From assembly GCA_963697695.1 (NCBI GenBank), contig OY969094.1, forward strand, positions 2,415,958 to 2,479,957: a stretch of DNA of 64,000 nt. The letters are read 5' to 3'. The stretch's first letter is position 1. Each line of letters opens with the position of its first letter. Positions 54,446 through 63,522 of this stretch are shown here, piece by piece. The position numbers were made by a program, and so were the translations under genes. The stretch comes from an uncultured Solirubrobacterales bacterium. Its GTDB lineage: Bacteria > Actinomycetota > Thermoleophilia > Solirubrobacterales > 70-9. Under the pieces are notes generated by a model. The model saw only the letters and a list, made by a program, of their open reading frames with translations, was not told where the DNA came from and searched no databases.

Positions 54446-55555
54446 ATGAAGCGGGCAGTCGCCCGGATCGACCTCGGTGCCGTCGAGCGCAACTGCGCCC
54501 GGCTGAAGTCGACCCTGCGCGAGGGCGCCGAGCTCTGTGCGGTGGTCAAGGCGGACGGCTACGGGCATGGCGCCGATGCCTGCGCTTCGGCGGCGCTGGC
54601 CGGCGGAGCGATGCGGCTGGCCGTGGCGACCGGGGTGGAGGCAGCGCAGATCGGCCGCCGCTTTCCCCAGATCCCGCTGCTGGTCCTTGGGGCGCTGACC
54701 CTGGACGATCTCGACGACGCGCTTGCGGCGGGCGCCGAGGTTTCCGTTTGGCGCGACAGCTTCCGGCAGGCGATCAGCGCCCGCGGCCGGGCTCAGGGGC
54801 GTCCGGTCCGCGCTCACGTCAAGTACGACAGCGGCATGGGCCGCCTCGGCAATCCCGACCCAGGCGAGGCGATGGCGCTCGCGCACGCCTGCGCCGAGGA
54901 TCCAAATCTCGATCTCGCCGGCGTTTGGACCCATTTCGCGACCGCCGACGAACCCGACTCGGACTTCTTCGACACGCAGCTCGAACGCTTCTCCAGCCTC
55001 GCCGAGGCGGTCAAGGCCGAGTTCCCCACGGTCACCGTCCACGCCGCCAACAGCGCCGCCGTCTTCCGCGATCCACGCTCGCACTTCGACATGGCCCGCT
55101 GTGGGGTGGCGGTGTATGGGCTCGATCCCTTCCAGGGCGATCCCGCCGAGCGGGGCCTGGCGCCGGCGATGTCGCTGCGCTCCTACGTTGCTGACGTGAA
55201 GCGCTTTTCGGCCGGCGACAGCGCCGGCTACGGCCAGACTTGGCGCGCAGCCGGCGACACCTGGGTGGGCGTGTTGCCGCTTGGCTACGGGGACGGGGTC
55301 CGGCGCGGCCTCTCGAACAACGCCGAGGTGCTGATTCGCGGCCGTCGCCACCCCCTGGTCGGCACGGTCTCGATGGACAACGTGACGGTGGATCTCGGCC
55401 CGGAGACCGAGGTCGAGCCCGGCGACGAGGCGGTGCTGATCGGCAGTCAGGGGAGCGAGACGATCCTGACCGAGGAGATCGCGGCTCGACTCGGCACGAT
55501 CAACTACGAGGTGACCTGCGGGATCTCTGCAAGGGTGCCGCGGGAAGAGGCATGA
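54446..55555 (+). CDS. alr: alanine racemase
   Basis: AVVKADGYGHG PLP-lysine motif. Collinear with Alr to the C-terminus. Confidence 0.9.
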   Translation: MKRAVARIDLGAVERNCARLKSTLREGAELCAVVKADGYGHGADACASAALAGGAMRLAVATGVEAAQIGRRFPQIPLLVLGALTLDDLDDALAAGAEVSVWRDSFRQAISARGRAQGRPVRAHVKYDSGMGRLGNPDPGEAMALAHACAEDPNLDLAGVWTHFATADEPDSDFFDTQLERFSSLAEAVKAEFPTVTVHAANSAAVFRDPRSHFDMARCGVAVYGLDPFQGDPAERGLAPAMSLRSYVADVKRFSAGDSAGYGQTWRAAGDTWVGVLPLGYGDGVRRGLSNNAEVLIRGRRHPLVGTVSMDNVTVDLGPETEVEPGDEAVLIGSQGSETILTEEIAARLGTINYEVTCGISARVPREEA

Positions 55556-56973
55556 GCGTCGCCGATCGCCTCGCGGCGGCACCGTTGGTCGAGCTTGCCC
55601 GGCGGGCGCTGGATGGCGAGGAGGGGGTCTGGGTCGCGGGTGGTGCGATCCGCGATGCCGCGCTGGATCGGGACGTGGCCGATCTCGATCTGGCGGTTCT
55701 CGGCGACCCGGCGACGGTCGCCAAGCGCATCGCCCGCGAGGGCAAGGGCCACGCATTCGAGCTCTCGGCGGAGTTTGCGAGCTGGCGGACCTCCGCCGCC
55801 GACCGGTCCTGGCAGGTGGACGTCACCGCCCTGCGCGGCGAGACGATCGAGTCCGACCTCGGGGAGAGGGACTTCACGATCGGCGCCGTCGCCGTCCCTC
55901 TCGCCGGCGGCCAACCGCTCGATCCCTACGGGGGACTCGGCGATCTAGATCGCCGAGTCCTGCGCGTCGTCGGCGAGCGCAGCTTTGCCGCTGACCCCCT
56001 GCGGTTGCTGCGCGCCGCCCGCCTGGCGGCCGAGCTGGATCTGGAGATCGACTCCGAGACCGCCCGCCTTGCCCGCGGCGAAGCCGCGCGGGCGGCTGAG
56101 GCGGCGGGCGAGCGCCAATTGGTCGAGCTTCGCCAGCTCGTCGGCGGCCCTGGACCCTTGCGCGGACTGACGCTGCTGGACGAGATCGGCCTCACCCCGG
56201 TCGTACTGCCCGAGCTGGACGCCCTGCGCGGGGTCCAGCAGGGACCCAACCACCACCTCGACGTGCACGGCCACACCTTGGCGGTGCTCGAACGGACGCT
56301 CGAGGTCGAGGCCGACCTCGGGCGCTTCGGGGGAGAGCGGGCCGCAGAGGTGGCCGAACTCCTCGCCGAGCCGCTTGCCGACGAGATGACCCGTGGCACG
56401 GCGCTTCGCTTCGGCGCCCTCCTGCACGACATCGGCAAGCCGGCGACGCGGGGTGAACGCGATGGCTTTGTCACCTTCATCGGCCACGACCACGTCGGTG
56501 CCGAGATCGTCGCCGACGTCTGTAGGCGCCTGCGCGCCAGCCGAGTGCTGAGTGCGCACCTGCAAGGCCTGACCCTGCACCACTTGCGGCTTGGCTTCCT
56601 CGTCCATGAGGCGCCGCTGCCGCCGCGGCGGGTCCACGAATACCTGCGGGCGACCGAACCGGTTGCCGCCGACGTGACGCTGCTGACGGTGGCCGATCGC
56701 CTTTCGGCAAGGGGGTCTGGGCCCTTTGCCACCGAGGAGGCGATCGAGGCCCATCTCGACCTTGCCCGTCAGATGCTGGCTTCAGCCCTCGACTGGCGCC
56801 GCGACGGTCCGCCCACGCCGCTGCTGCGGGGCGATGAGCTGGCGGGCGAGCTCGGCATCGAGGAGGGGCCGGAGATCGGCACCCTGCTGGCGGAGCTGGA
56901 GGCCGCCCAGTACGCGGGTGAGGTGACGAACCGTGCCGAGGCCCTGCAGCGGGCGCGCGAGGTGCGGGGATAG
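55552..56973 (+). CDS. CCA-adding enzyme / poly(A) polymerase family nucleotidyltransferase with an HD domain
   Basis: The ATG overlaps the alr stop. GGAIRDAALDRDVADLDLAV (Pol-beta NT motif) and HDIGKP (HD domain). Confidence 0.8.
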   Translation: MSVADRLAAAPLVELARRALDGEEGVWVAGGAIRDAALDRDVADLDLAVLGDPATVAKRIAREGKGHAFELSAEFASWRTSAADRSWQVDVTALRGETIESDLGERDFTIGAVAVPLAGGQPLDPYGGLGDLDRRVLRVVGERSFAADPLRLLRAARLAAELDLEIDSETARLARGEAARAAEAAGERQLVELRQLVGGPGPLRGLTLLDEIGLTPVVLPELDALRGVQQGPNHHLDVHGHTLAVLERTLEVEADLGRFGGERAAEVAELLAEPLADEMTRGTALRFGALLHDIGKPATRGERDGFVTFIGHDHVGAEIVADVCRRLRASRVLSAHLQGLTLHHLRLGFLVHEAPLPPRRVHEYLRATEPVAADVTLLTVADRLSARGSGPFATEEAIEAHLDLARQMLASALDWRRDGPPTPLLRGDELAGELGIEEGPEIGTLLAELEAAQYAGEVTNRAEALQRAREVRG

Positions 56974-57011
56974 GCTGCGCCCCGACTTGATCACCGATAG
57001 GAGGAGCGACG

Positions 57012-57788
57012 ATGGCTGACCCGGTACGTCTTGAGCGCGACGGAGATGTCGCGGTGCTGGTGCTCGACAACCCGCCGCTCAACCTCTTTGGGCGGGAGGC
57101 GTTCGAAGCCCTCACCGCGAAGGTCGACGAGGTCGCCGGCTCCGATGCTCGAGCGCTGGTTTGGCGCGCCGAGGGGGAGCTCTTCACCGGCGGCGCCGAC
57201 GTCAACGCCTTCGACGGCACCTCGCCCGAGCAGGGCGGCGAGATGTTCGGTGCCCTGGTCGAGGGGGTGCGGCGGCTCGAGGCGCTGCCGATCCCGACCC
57301 TGGCGCTGGTCCATGGCCTCTGCCTTACGGCCGGGCTCGAGGTCTCGCTCGGCTGCGACATGATCTGGGCCACCGAGTCGGCCCGGTTCGGCTTGGTCGA
57401 GGCGGTGGTCGGTCTCACCCCTGGCGCCGGTGGCACGCAGCGGATGGCGGAGCGGGCCGGCCCGGGACGGGCGCGCGAGTTCGTCATGACCGGCGGCCTC
57501 TATGACGCGGCGACCCTGGAGCGCTGGGGCGTGCTCAACCGCGTGGTCGGAGACGACGAGTTGCTGGAGAAGGGGATGCGCTTCGCCCACAGCCTCGCTG
57601 CCGGTCCGACCAAGGCGCATGCGGCAACGAAGCGGCTGGTTCGCGCCTATCTGGAGGGTGGTATCGACGCGGCGGATGCCGCCACTCCCGAGGTCTCGGG
57701 CGGCCTCTTCGCCACGGAGGACCTGCAGCGCGCGGTCCGTTCCTTCCTTGACGATGGCCCCGGCAAGGCCACCTTCGAGGGTCGCTAG
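57012..57788 (+). CDS. enoyl-CoA hydratase/isomerase (crotonase) family protein
   Basis: Typical crotonase N-terminus (VAVLVLDNPPLNLFG), FTGGADVN, and GLVEAVVGLTPGAGGTQR. Confidence 0.85.
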   Translation: MADPVRLERDGDVAVLVLDNPPLNLFGREAFEALTAKVDEVAGSDARALVWRAEGELFTGGADVNAFDGTSPEQGGEMFGALVEGVRRLEALPIPTLALVHGLCLTAGLEVSLGCDMIWATESARFGLVEAVVGLTPGAGGTQRMAERAGPGRAREFVMTGGLYDAATLERWGVLNRVVGDDELLEKGMRFAHSLAAGPTKAHAATKRLVRAYLEGGIDAADAATPEVSGGLFATEDLQRAVRSFLDDGPGKATFEGR

Positions 57789-57817
57789 GGCCCGGTTAGG
57801 TACGCTGCGCACCGCAG

Positions 57818-58036
57818 ATGGGCAAAGAGGAGAAGATCGAGATGGAGGGCGAGATCACCGAGGCCCTCCCGAACACCATGTTCCGGGTCAAACTCGACAA
57901 CGGCCATGACGTGCTCGGGCACATCTCAGGCAAGATGCGTCGCCACTACATCCGCATCCTGCCCGGCGACCGGGTGAAGATCGAGCTCTCCCCCTACGAC
58001 CTCGACAGAGGTCGGATCACCTACCGCTACAAATAG
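57818..58036 (+). CDS. infA: translation initiation factor IF-1
   Basis: [72 protein letters not shown]. Confidence 0.95.
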   Translation: MGKEEKIEMEGEITEALPNTMFRVKLDNGHDVLGHISGKMRRHYIRILPGDRVKIELSPYDLDRGRITYRYK

Positions 58037-58043
58037 CCCAGTA

Positions 58044-58113
58044 GCCGCCTGGCGGTGTCCTCGGTCGCTCGCGTGCAGAGCACGCCACGCTCCCTGTGTC
58101 CTAGCCAGGCAAC
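58044..58113 (+). repeat. ~70-nt intergenic element, copy 2 (3' of infA; overlaps the last codons of the convergent hydrolase gene)
   Basis: GCCGCCTGGCGGTGTCCTCGG-N33-GTCCTAGCCAGGCAAC. The 21-nt left arm is identical to the one at 41103. Confidence 0.7.
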
Positions 58114-59270
58114 TCCTGGAGGTCTGCGAGCTCGGCGATCAGGGCGGACCAGGCGAAATCGCGTGCGCCGAGGCCGGTGCCGGTTCGCGGGTCGTAGTAC
58201 TCGCGCAGGCCTTCGCGCTCGACGGCGCCGGTCAGACCGTTTGCCAGGCGGGTCGCCTCCCTCTCGTAGCCGAGGCGACGCAGGCCGAGCCAGACCATCC
58301 AGGCCGAGTTGACCCAGGTCGGCCCGCGCCAGTAACGGCGGATCGGTCCTCGGCTGCCGCCGGGTTCGTAGCTCGGCTCGCCGGCCGCGACCGACGGCGG
58401 CGCAACCGGCGTCAGGAACTCCTCCTCGTTCAGCAGATGCTCCTCGACCAGCCGCCGGCCGATCTCCTCCGGCAGGTCGGGCAGGGCAAGCGGCGCGAGG
58501 GACGACCAGGTGACTGTCTGCGGTCTTACGCCGCGCGGCTGTGCCTCGTCGAGGAAGAGGCCGCGCCGCTCGTCCCAGAGCCGCTCGACCAGTGCCGGGG
58601 TCGCCGAGGGCTGGCCCAGCGCCTGCAGCGAGAGCGACCACATCGTGTTGACCAGGGCTTCGCAGAGCACCGGCCCGCCGCGCTCGCCGATCCGCCGCGC
58701 GTCGAAGCCGAGGCCGCGGTTGCGGTGGACGAGCAGGGGGAAGCCGATCCGTGCATTGGCCCGGCAGCCCCAGACCTCTTCGAACTTGGGCGAGGCATCG
58801 AGGCCCGACTCGTCGGGCTGCACGATCCAGAGCAGGCCGTCGCCCTCGAGGTCGCGGTTCTCGCGCAGCCAGTCGATATGGGCGCCGATCCGCGGCTCGG
58901 CCGCCGGGTCACCGACGGCGATCTGCCAGGCCCAGGCAAGCAGCGGCGGCTGGATCGTCCCGGTCTGGAACGAGCGCCGCGAGGCGACGTTGTAGAAGGG
59001 CAGGCGGCCAAGCGAGACGGGCCGGTCCCAGAAGATCGTGTGGCCGATGAAGCCGTTGGGCTGCTGGGCGGCCAGCAGGCTCTCCAACTCGGCCCGGGAC
59101 CGGGCTGGGTCGAAGCGGCGCCAGACAATCGCGGCGAAGCAGGAGTCCCAGTACCACTGCCACGGGTAGCGGCTGGGGCTGGGACGGGTGTAGGCGAAGT
59201 GGACGCCGTCGCGCTCGCCCTCCAGCCAGTTCTGGCGCAGGACCCGCTCGGCGATCCCGGTCGCCGACAT
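58101..59270 (-). CDS. GH63-like (alpha/alpha)6-barrel glycoside hydrolase (glucosylglycerate/mannosylglycerate hydrolase-like)
   Basis: Starts MSATGIAERV... (ATG at 59270). Contains YPWQWYWDSCFAAI, PNGFIGH, QPPLLAWAW. The listed 645-aa ORF upstream of this ATG overlaps the permease gene in another frame. Confidence 0.55.
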   Translation of the reverse strand: MSATGIAERVLRQNWLEGERDGVHFAYTRPSPSRYPWQWYWDSCFAAIVWRRFDPARSRAELESLLAAQQPNGFIGHTIFWDRPVSLGRLPFYNVASRRSFQTGTIQPPLLAWAWQIAVGDPAAEPRIGAHIDWLRENRDLEGDGLLWIVQPDESGLDASPKFEEVWGCRANARIGFPLLVHRNRGLGFDARRIGERGGPVLCEALVNTMWSLSLQALGQPSATPALVERLWDERRGLFLDEAQPRGVRPQTVTWSSLAPLALPDLPEEIGRRLVEEHLLNEEEFLTPVAPPSVAAGEPSYEPGGSRGPIRRYWRGPTWVNSAWMVWLGLRRLGYEREATRLANGLTGAVEREGLREYYDPRTGTGLGARDFAWSALIAELADLQELPG

Positions 59271-59272
59271 GC

Positions 59273-60064
59273 TCAGACCGCGGTGCGGCGCATCTCGCGC
59301 AGCGCCAGAAAGCCGAGGATCGCCAAGAGCCCCATCAGCGCCACGATCCCGGGCCAGGTATCGGCACAGGTGACCGAGCCGACGAAACCCTGGCGGGCCG
59401 CTTCGACTACTTCCGTCACCGGGTTGATTTCGGCGACCTTCTGCATCCACGGCTGCAGCAGCGCGAGGGGCGCATAGGCGGTCGTGGTGAGGATCAGCGC
59501 CATCATCCCGGCCTGCATCAGCGGCGCCGCCGACTGACTTTTGAAGCGCAGGGCAAGCATCGAGCCCCAGCAGGCCGCGACCGCCGCCATCGAAACGACC
59601 ATGAAGTAGGTGACGAGGAGACCCTCGATGCCCGGCCAGCCCGCGCCCAGCGGCAGGGCGATGGCGAGGACGAAGGTGGCGGGGATCGTTGCCCGGGTGC
59701 TGGCGGCGAGCACGTTCCCCGCCAGCAGGACCCAGCGCGGGGCAGGGGAGACGAGCAGCCGGTCGACCCAGCCCTGCTCGATGTCGCGGGCCAGGTTGAC
59801 CCCGGCGGCGGCGCCGGTGAAGCCCGCCCCCTGCAGCATGCTGACCGGCACGACGAAGCTCTCGTAGGTCCCGGTGGTGAAGCCGTTGAGCTGGGTAAGC
59901 GCGCCGAAGACCCCGTTCAGCCCGAGGAAGAAGATCGTCGGCGCCAGCACGCCCGGGATCGCGGCCCCCGGCACCCGCAGCAGCTCGTTCCTGGCGCGCG
60001 CCATCAGGGCGCCGATCGTCGCCAGGTTGGCGCGCCATTCCGGCATCGTCGCGGCGGTGTCCAT
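59273..60064 (-). CDS. ABC-2 type transporter permease
   Basis: Six hydrophobic segments. Starts MDTAATMPEW...; its ATG overlaps the stop of the upstream permease by 1 nt (TGATG). Confidence 0.75.
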   Translation of the reverse strand: MDTAATMPEWRANLATIGALMARARNELLRVPGAAIPGVLAPTIFFLGLNGVFGALTQLNGFTTGTYESFVVPVSMLQGAGFTGAAAGVNLARDIEQGWVDRLLVSPAPRWVLLAGNVLAASTRATIPATFVLAIALPLGAGWPGIEGLLVTYFMVVSMAAVAACWGSMLALRFKSQSAAPLMQAGMMALILTTTAYAPLALLQPWMQKVAEINPVTEVVEAARQGFVGSVTCADTWPGIVALMGLLAILGFLALREMRRTAV

Positions 60065-60849
60065 CAGCCGACCTTCAGCCGGTGTCGCAGGGCACGGGCG
60101 CTGAGGATCAGGCTGACGACGACGATCCCGGCGATCGCCAGCACCGCGGCGAGCAGATTGGAGGCGGTGATCTCGGAGATGATCGGGTCGCGGATCCCTT
60201 CGACGATGAAGCTGAGCGGGTTGTAGGCGGCGATCGTCTTCGCCGGCTCGATCATCAGTTCCTCGGGGAAGAAGGCAGAAGATAGGAAGAGGACGACGAG
60301 GACCAGCGGGAAGAGGCCTTGGACGACGCTGGCGCTGCCGGTGCGCAGGGCGATCGCGGCGCCGATTCCCCCGACTGCCATAGCCGTCGCGGTGACGAGG
60401 ACGATGGCGATCAACGCTCCCGCCACGCCGCTGTGGATCTCCGCTCCGAAGATGAGCCCGATTGCGAGGAACCACAGCGCCGCGAACAGACCCAGGGCCG
60501 CCGTTCCGGCGAGGCGGCCGAGCACGATCGTGTAGCGGGGGATCGGCGCCGAGAAGAGGCGGTCGGTGAAGCCCATCTCGATGTCGACCGCGAGGGCGAT
60601 GCCGCCGCTGTTGCCGGCCAGCATCAGCGACTGCATCATCGCCCCGGCCAGCATGAACTGGAGGAAGCTCTGCACGGGCGGGAAGCCGGGCAGGTTGACG
60701 GCGCCGCCCGCGCCGCCGGTCTGGATCGCCAACAGCAGCGTGGGGAAGACCAGGATCGGAGCCATCAGCTGCGGGCGGCGGAAGGTCTGGCGGATCGAGC
60801 GCATGCCGAGCGCCCGCACCACCCGCACGTTGGTTGCGAGGTCGCTCAC
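60064..60849 (-). CDS. ABC-2 type transporter permease
   Basis: Polytopic. Its start overlaps the stop of the ATPase gene by 4 nt. Confidence 0.75.
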   Translation of the reverse strand: MSDLATNVRVVRALGMRSIRQTFRRPQLMAPILVFPTLLLAIQTGGAGGAVNLPGFPPVQSFLQFMLAGAMMQSLMLAGNSGGIALAVDIEMGFTDRLFSAPIPRYTIVLGRLAGTAALGLFAALWFLAIGLIFGAEIHSGVAGALIAIVLVTATAMAVGGIGAAIALRTGSASVVQGLFPLVLVVLFLSSAFFPEELMIEPAKTIAAYNPLSFIVEGIRDPIISEITASNLLAAVLAIAGIVVVSLILSARALRHRLKVG

Positions 60850-61817
60850 GCCTCGATCCGCTCCTGGTCGGCGGCCTCCTCGTCCTCGCTCTCCAGGTGA
60901 TAGCCGGTCTTGGCGACGAAGACGTCGTCGAGGGTGGGCTGGACCAGCTCGAGCGCGCCGACCCCGATGCCGGCGTCGTCGAGCGCCCTCACCACCCGCG
61001 GGATGTCGGCAGCGCCGTTCTCGACCTCGACCAGGACCGTGCGGCCGTCCTTGGGCGGCAACAGCTTGCCGATCCGGCCGCAGATCTCCTCGGCCTCGAC
61101 TATCGAGCCCTCCTCGAGCTGCAGCCGGACGTGGGGGTTGCCGATTTCGGCCTTGAGCGACTCCGGCGTTCCTTCGGCGACGATCCTGCCGCTGTCGATG
61201 ATGCCGACGTTGTCGGCAAGCTGGTCGGCCTCCTCCAGGTACTGCGTGGTGAGGAAGACGGTGGTGCCCTCGTCGTTCAGCGTCTGCACCTCTTCCCAGA
61301 TCGTTTTGCGGCTGACCGGGTCGAGGCCGGTGGTCGGCTCGTCGAGGAAGAGGACGCGGGGCTCGTGGACGAGCGCCGCGGCCAGGTCGAGCCGCCGCTT
61401 CATCCCGCCCGAGTAGCCGCCGACCCGCCGGTCGGCTGCGGCGGCGAGATCGACCCGCTCCAGCAGGCTGTCGGCGCGCCGCTTGCCCTCGGCGGTCGGC
61501 AGGCCTTGCAGCGTGGCCTGGAGGCGGATCAGCTCGCGGCCCGTCATCAGCGGATCGAGGGCCGCCTCCTGCAGGGCCACGCCGATGGTGGCGCGCACGG
61601 CGCGCGCCTCGGCGACCACGTCGTGGCCGGCGACCGTGGCCCGGCCGCCGGTCGGCAGCAACAGCGTGGTCAGCATCCGCACGGTCGTCGTCTTGCCCGC
61701 CCCGTTGGGGCCGAGGAAGCCGTAGATCTCTCCCTCGTCGACTTCGAGGTCGACCCCCTGCACGGCAAGCACGTCGTCGAAGGCGCGCTGCAGGCCCTCC
61801 ACGAGGATGGCCGGCAT
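60846..61817 (-). CDS. ABC transporter ATP-binding protein (DrrA-like)
   Basis: Walker A GPNGAGKTT, signature YSGGMKRRL, Walker B LFLDEPTTGLD, plus a C-terminal extension typical of DrrA-type exporters. Confidence 0.9.
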   Translation of the reverse strand: MPAILVEGLQRAFDDVLAVQGVDLEVDEGEIYGFLGPNGAGKTTTVRMLTTLLLPTGGRATVAGHDVVAEARAVRATIGVALQEAALDPLMTGRELIRLQATLQGLPTAEGKRRADSLLERVDLAAAADRRVGGYSGGMKRRLDLAAALVHEPRVLFLDEPTTGLDPVSRKTIWEEVQTLNDEGTTVFLTTQYLEEADQLADNVGIIDSGRIVAEGTPESLKAEIGNPHVRLQLEEGSIVEAEEICGRIGKLLPPKDGRTVLVEVENGAADIPRVVRALDDAGIGVGALELVQPTLDDVFVAKTGYHLESEDEEAADQERIEA

Positions 61818-61819
61818 CG

Positions 61820-63190
61820 TCAGGCTCCGGTCGGCTCTGCTTGGGCGAGCGGTGGCCGCGAGTCGACCCAGCGGCGCTCGTTTGCCCGCTCCAGCGCCTC
61901 GGCCGCGTCGAGCAGCAGCTCGTCGCGTCCCCAGGCCGCCTGCAGCTGCAGGGCGATCGGCAGTCCGTCGGAGCTCAGCCCGGCCGGCACGCTGATCGCC
62001 GGGATGCCGGTCAGGTTGGCGAGCGCGGCGCCGCGGACATTCGCCTGATCCGCCGTCAGCGTCCCCGAGGGCAGCTCGACCAAGGGTGCCTCAAGCGGCG
62101 GGGCGACGGCGGGGATCGTGGGCCAGGCGATTACGTCGACATCCTCGAAGAGGGCTGCCAGCTGGCGTCTCACCAGGGTGCGCACCCGTTGTGCCTGCAC
62201 GGCCACCGCCGCCGGAAGCAACATCCGGTACTTCATGAAGCCGCGATTGATCGGGCTGATCTCCGGGTTGAGCTCGTTGAGCCGCTCCGGCGTCACTCCG
62301 TTGAGGCTCTCGGTGTTGATCGCCAGGATCGCCGCCAACGTCGCCGCCTCCAGGTTCGACAGCTCGATCTCGCGGACCTCACCACCGGTTGCAGCCCGCA
62401 AATCCCCGATTGCGGCCTCGCAGGCCTCGCGAACCTCGGGCGTGACGTCCTCTGAGACGGGGTCGCGGACGACGCCGATTCGCAGTCCACCGGCATCGCC
62501 GGCCTGCAGCTCCTCGCCGAAGAGGGCGGCGCCGAGCAGGCGGCAGTCGGCTGCGTCGGCGCAGAGCGGGCCGGAGACGATCAGCGTGGTGATGGCGGCC
62601 ATGTGGTGACCCTCCATCGCTGCCCGGCCGAAGGTCGGCTTGAGTCCGGTGAGGCCGCAGTAGGCAGCGGGGAAGCGAACGGAGCCGAGCCCGTCGGCGC
62701 CGACCGCGCCGGCGACGAGGCGGGCCGCCGCGGCCGCGGCCGGTCCGCTGGAAGAGCCGCCAGGGCAGCGCTCGGTGTTCCAGGGGTTGCGGGCCGGTCC
62801 GTAGACGGAGACGTTGCCGGTGCTGCCCGAGCCCAGCTCGTGCATGTTGCCGACGCCGACGATCACGGCGCCCGCGTCGCGCAAGGCCTTGTAGGGGCCG
62901 GACTCGCCCGGCGCAGTCTTGGTGAGCAGTTCGGCTGCGCCAAAACGCTGCGCGCGCCAGGGCAGCGGCCACTCGTCCTTGATCACGACGGGGACGCCGT
63001 GCAGCGGCCCCTGGGGTGCGGCATCGAGCATCTCGCGAGAACGCTCGGGGAAGGTCTCGACGACGGCGTTGATCGCCGGGTTCCGCTCCTCGATCCGGGC
63101 CAGGGCCGCGTCGAGCAGCTCGCCGGCGTCGAGGTCGCCGCCGGCGATCGCCGCCGCCTGGCCGCGCAGCGACAGGTCCAGCGCGCTCAC
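61820..63190 (-). CDS. amidase-signature family amidase (GatA/AtzE-like)
   Basis: GGSSSGPAAAAAA....GADGLGSVRFPAAYCGLTGLKPTFG is the AS signature with the Ser-cisSer-Lys context. The GTG start overlaps the upstream small ORF (GTGA). Confidence 0.85.
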   Translation of the reverse strand: MSALDLSLRGQAAAIAGGDLDAGELLDAALARIEERNPAINAVVETFPERSREMLDAAPQGPLHGVPVVIKDEWPLPWRAQRFGAAELLTKTAPGESGPYKALRDAGAVIVGVGNMHELGSGSTGNVSVYGPARNPWNTERCPGGSSSGPAAAAAARLVAGAVGADGLGSVRFPAAYCGLTGLKPTFGRAAMEGHHMAAITTLIVSGPLCADAADCRLLGAALFGEELQAGDAGGLRIGVVRDPVSEDVTPEVREACEAAIGDLRAATGGEVREIELSNLEAATLAAILAINTESLNGVTPERLNELNPEISPINRGFMKYRMLLPAAVAVQAQRVRTLVRRQLAALFEDVDVIAWPTIPAVAPPLEAPLVELPSGTLTADQANVRGAALANLTGIPAISVPAGLSSDGLPIALQLQAAWGRDELLLDAAEALERANERRWVDSRPPLAQAEPTGA

Positions 63191-63390
63191 GGGAGCTCCG
63201 GGGCTTTGGAGAGGTCCGGTGCGCGCTCCGGCTCGAGCTCACCCAGATCGAGCGACAGCAGCGCCCTGATCGCCGGCCAGAACATTCCGTGCGCCGCGTT
63301 CATCACCGCAAGGTCGGTCTCATCGGCCTCGATTCCAAGCGAAGCGAGCCCGGCGGGGATGAACTCCTCTGCTGAATCCGCGGCCTCCAT
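63187..63390 (-). CDS. small (67 aa) protein translationally coupled to the amidase; possible GatC/AtzG-like (DUF4089-like) subunit
   Basis: ATG at 63390 chosen because GC3 falls off upstream and a convergent-looking plus-strand gene begins near 63523. Acidic, with ...LDLGELEPERAP... resembling the GatC-type tail. Confidence 0.4.
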   Translation of the reverse strand: MEAADSAEEFIPAGLASLGIEADETDLAVMNAAHGMFWPAIRALLSLDLGELEPERAPDLSKAPELP

Positions 63391-63522
63391 TCCGGCAGGC
63401 AACCCTACAGAGAGGCCGTGGCCGGGATCGTGCAAACACGTCGTGGCGCCGCATTTCGCCTGGACGGAAGGCAGAATCGTGGCCGCAACCATGGCCATGA
63501 GGCCGGGTTGCAATTGAGAATC

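Noticed and set aside
53216-55756. 846-aa minus-strand ORF
   Set aside because: It is antisense to nnr, the CBS gene and alr. Its composition (R/P/G/A) indicates a GC artefact.
59271-60038. Upstream two-fifths of the 645-aa minus-strand ORF (58101-60038)
   Set aside because: It overlaps the ABC-2 permease gene in a different frame. The hydrolase domain begins at the ATG at 59270, 2 nt after the permease stop.
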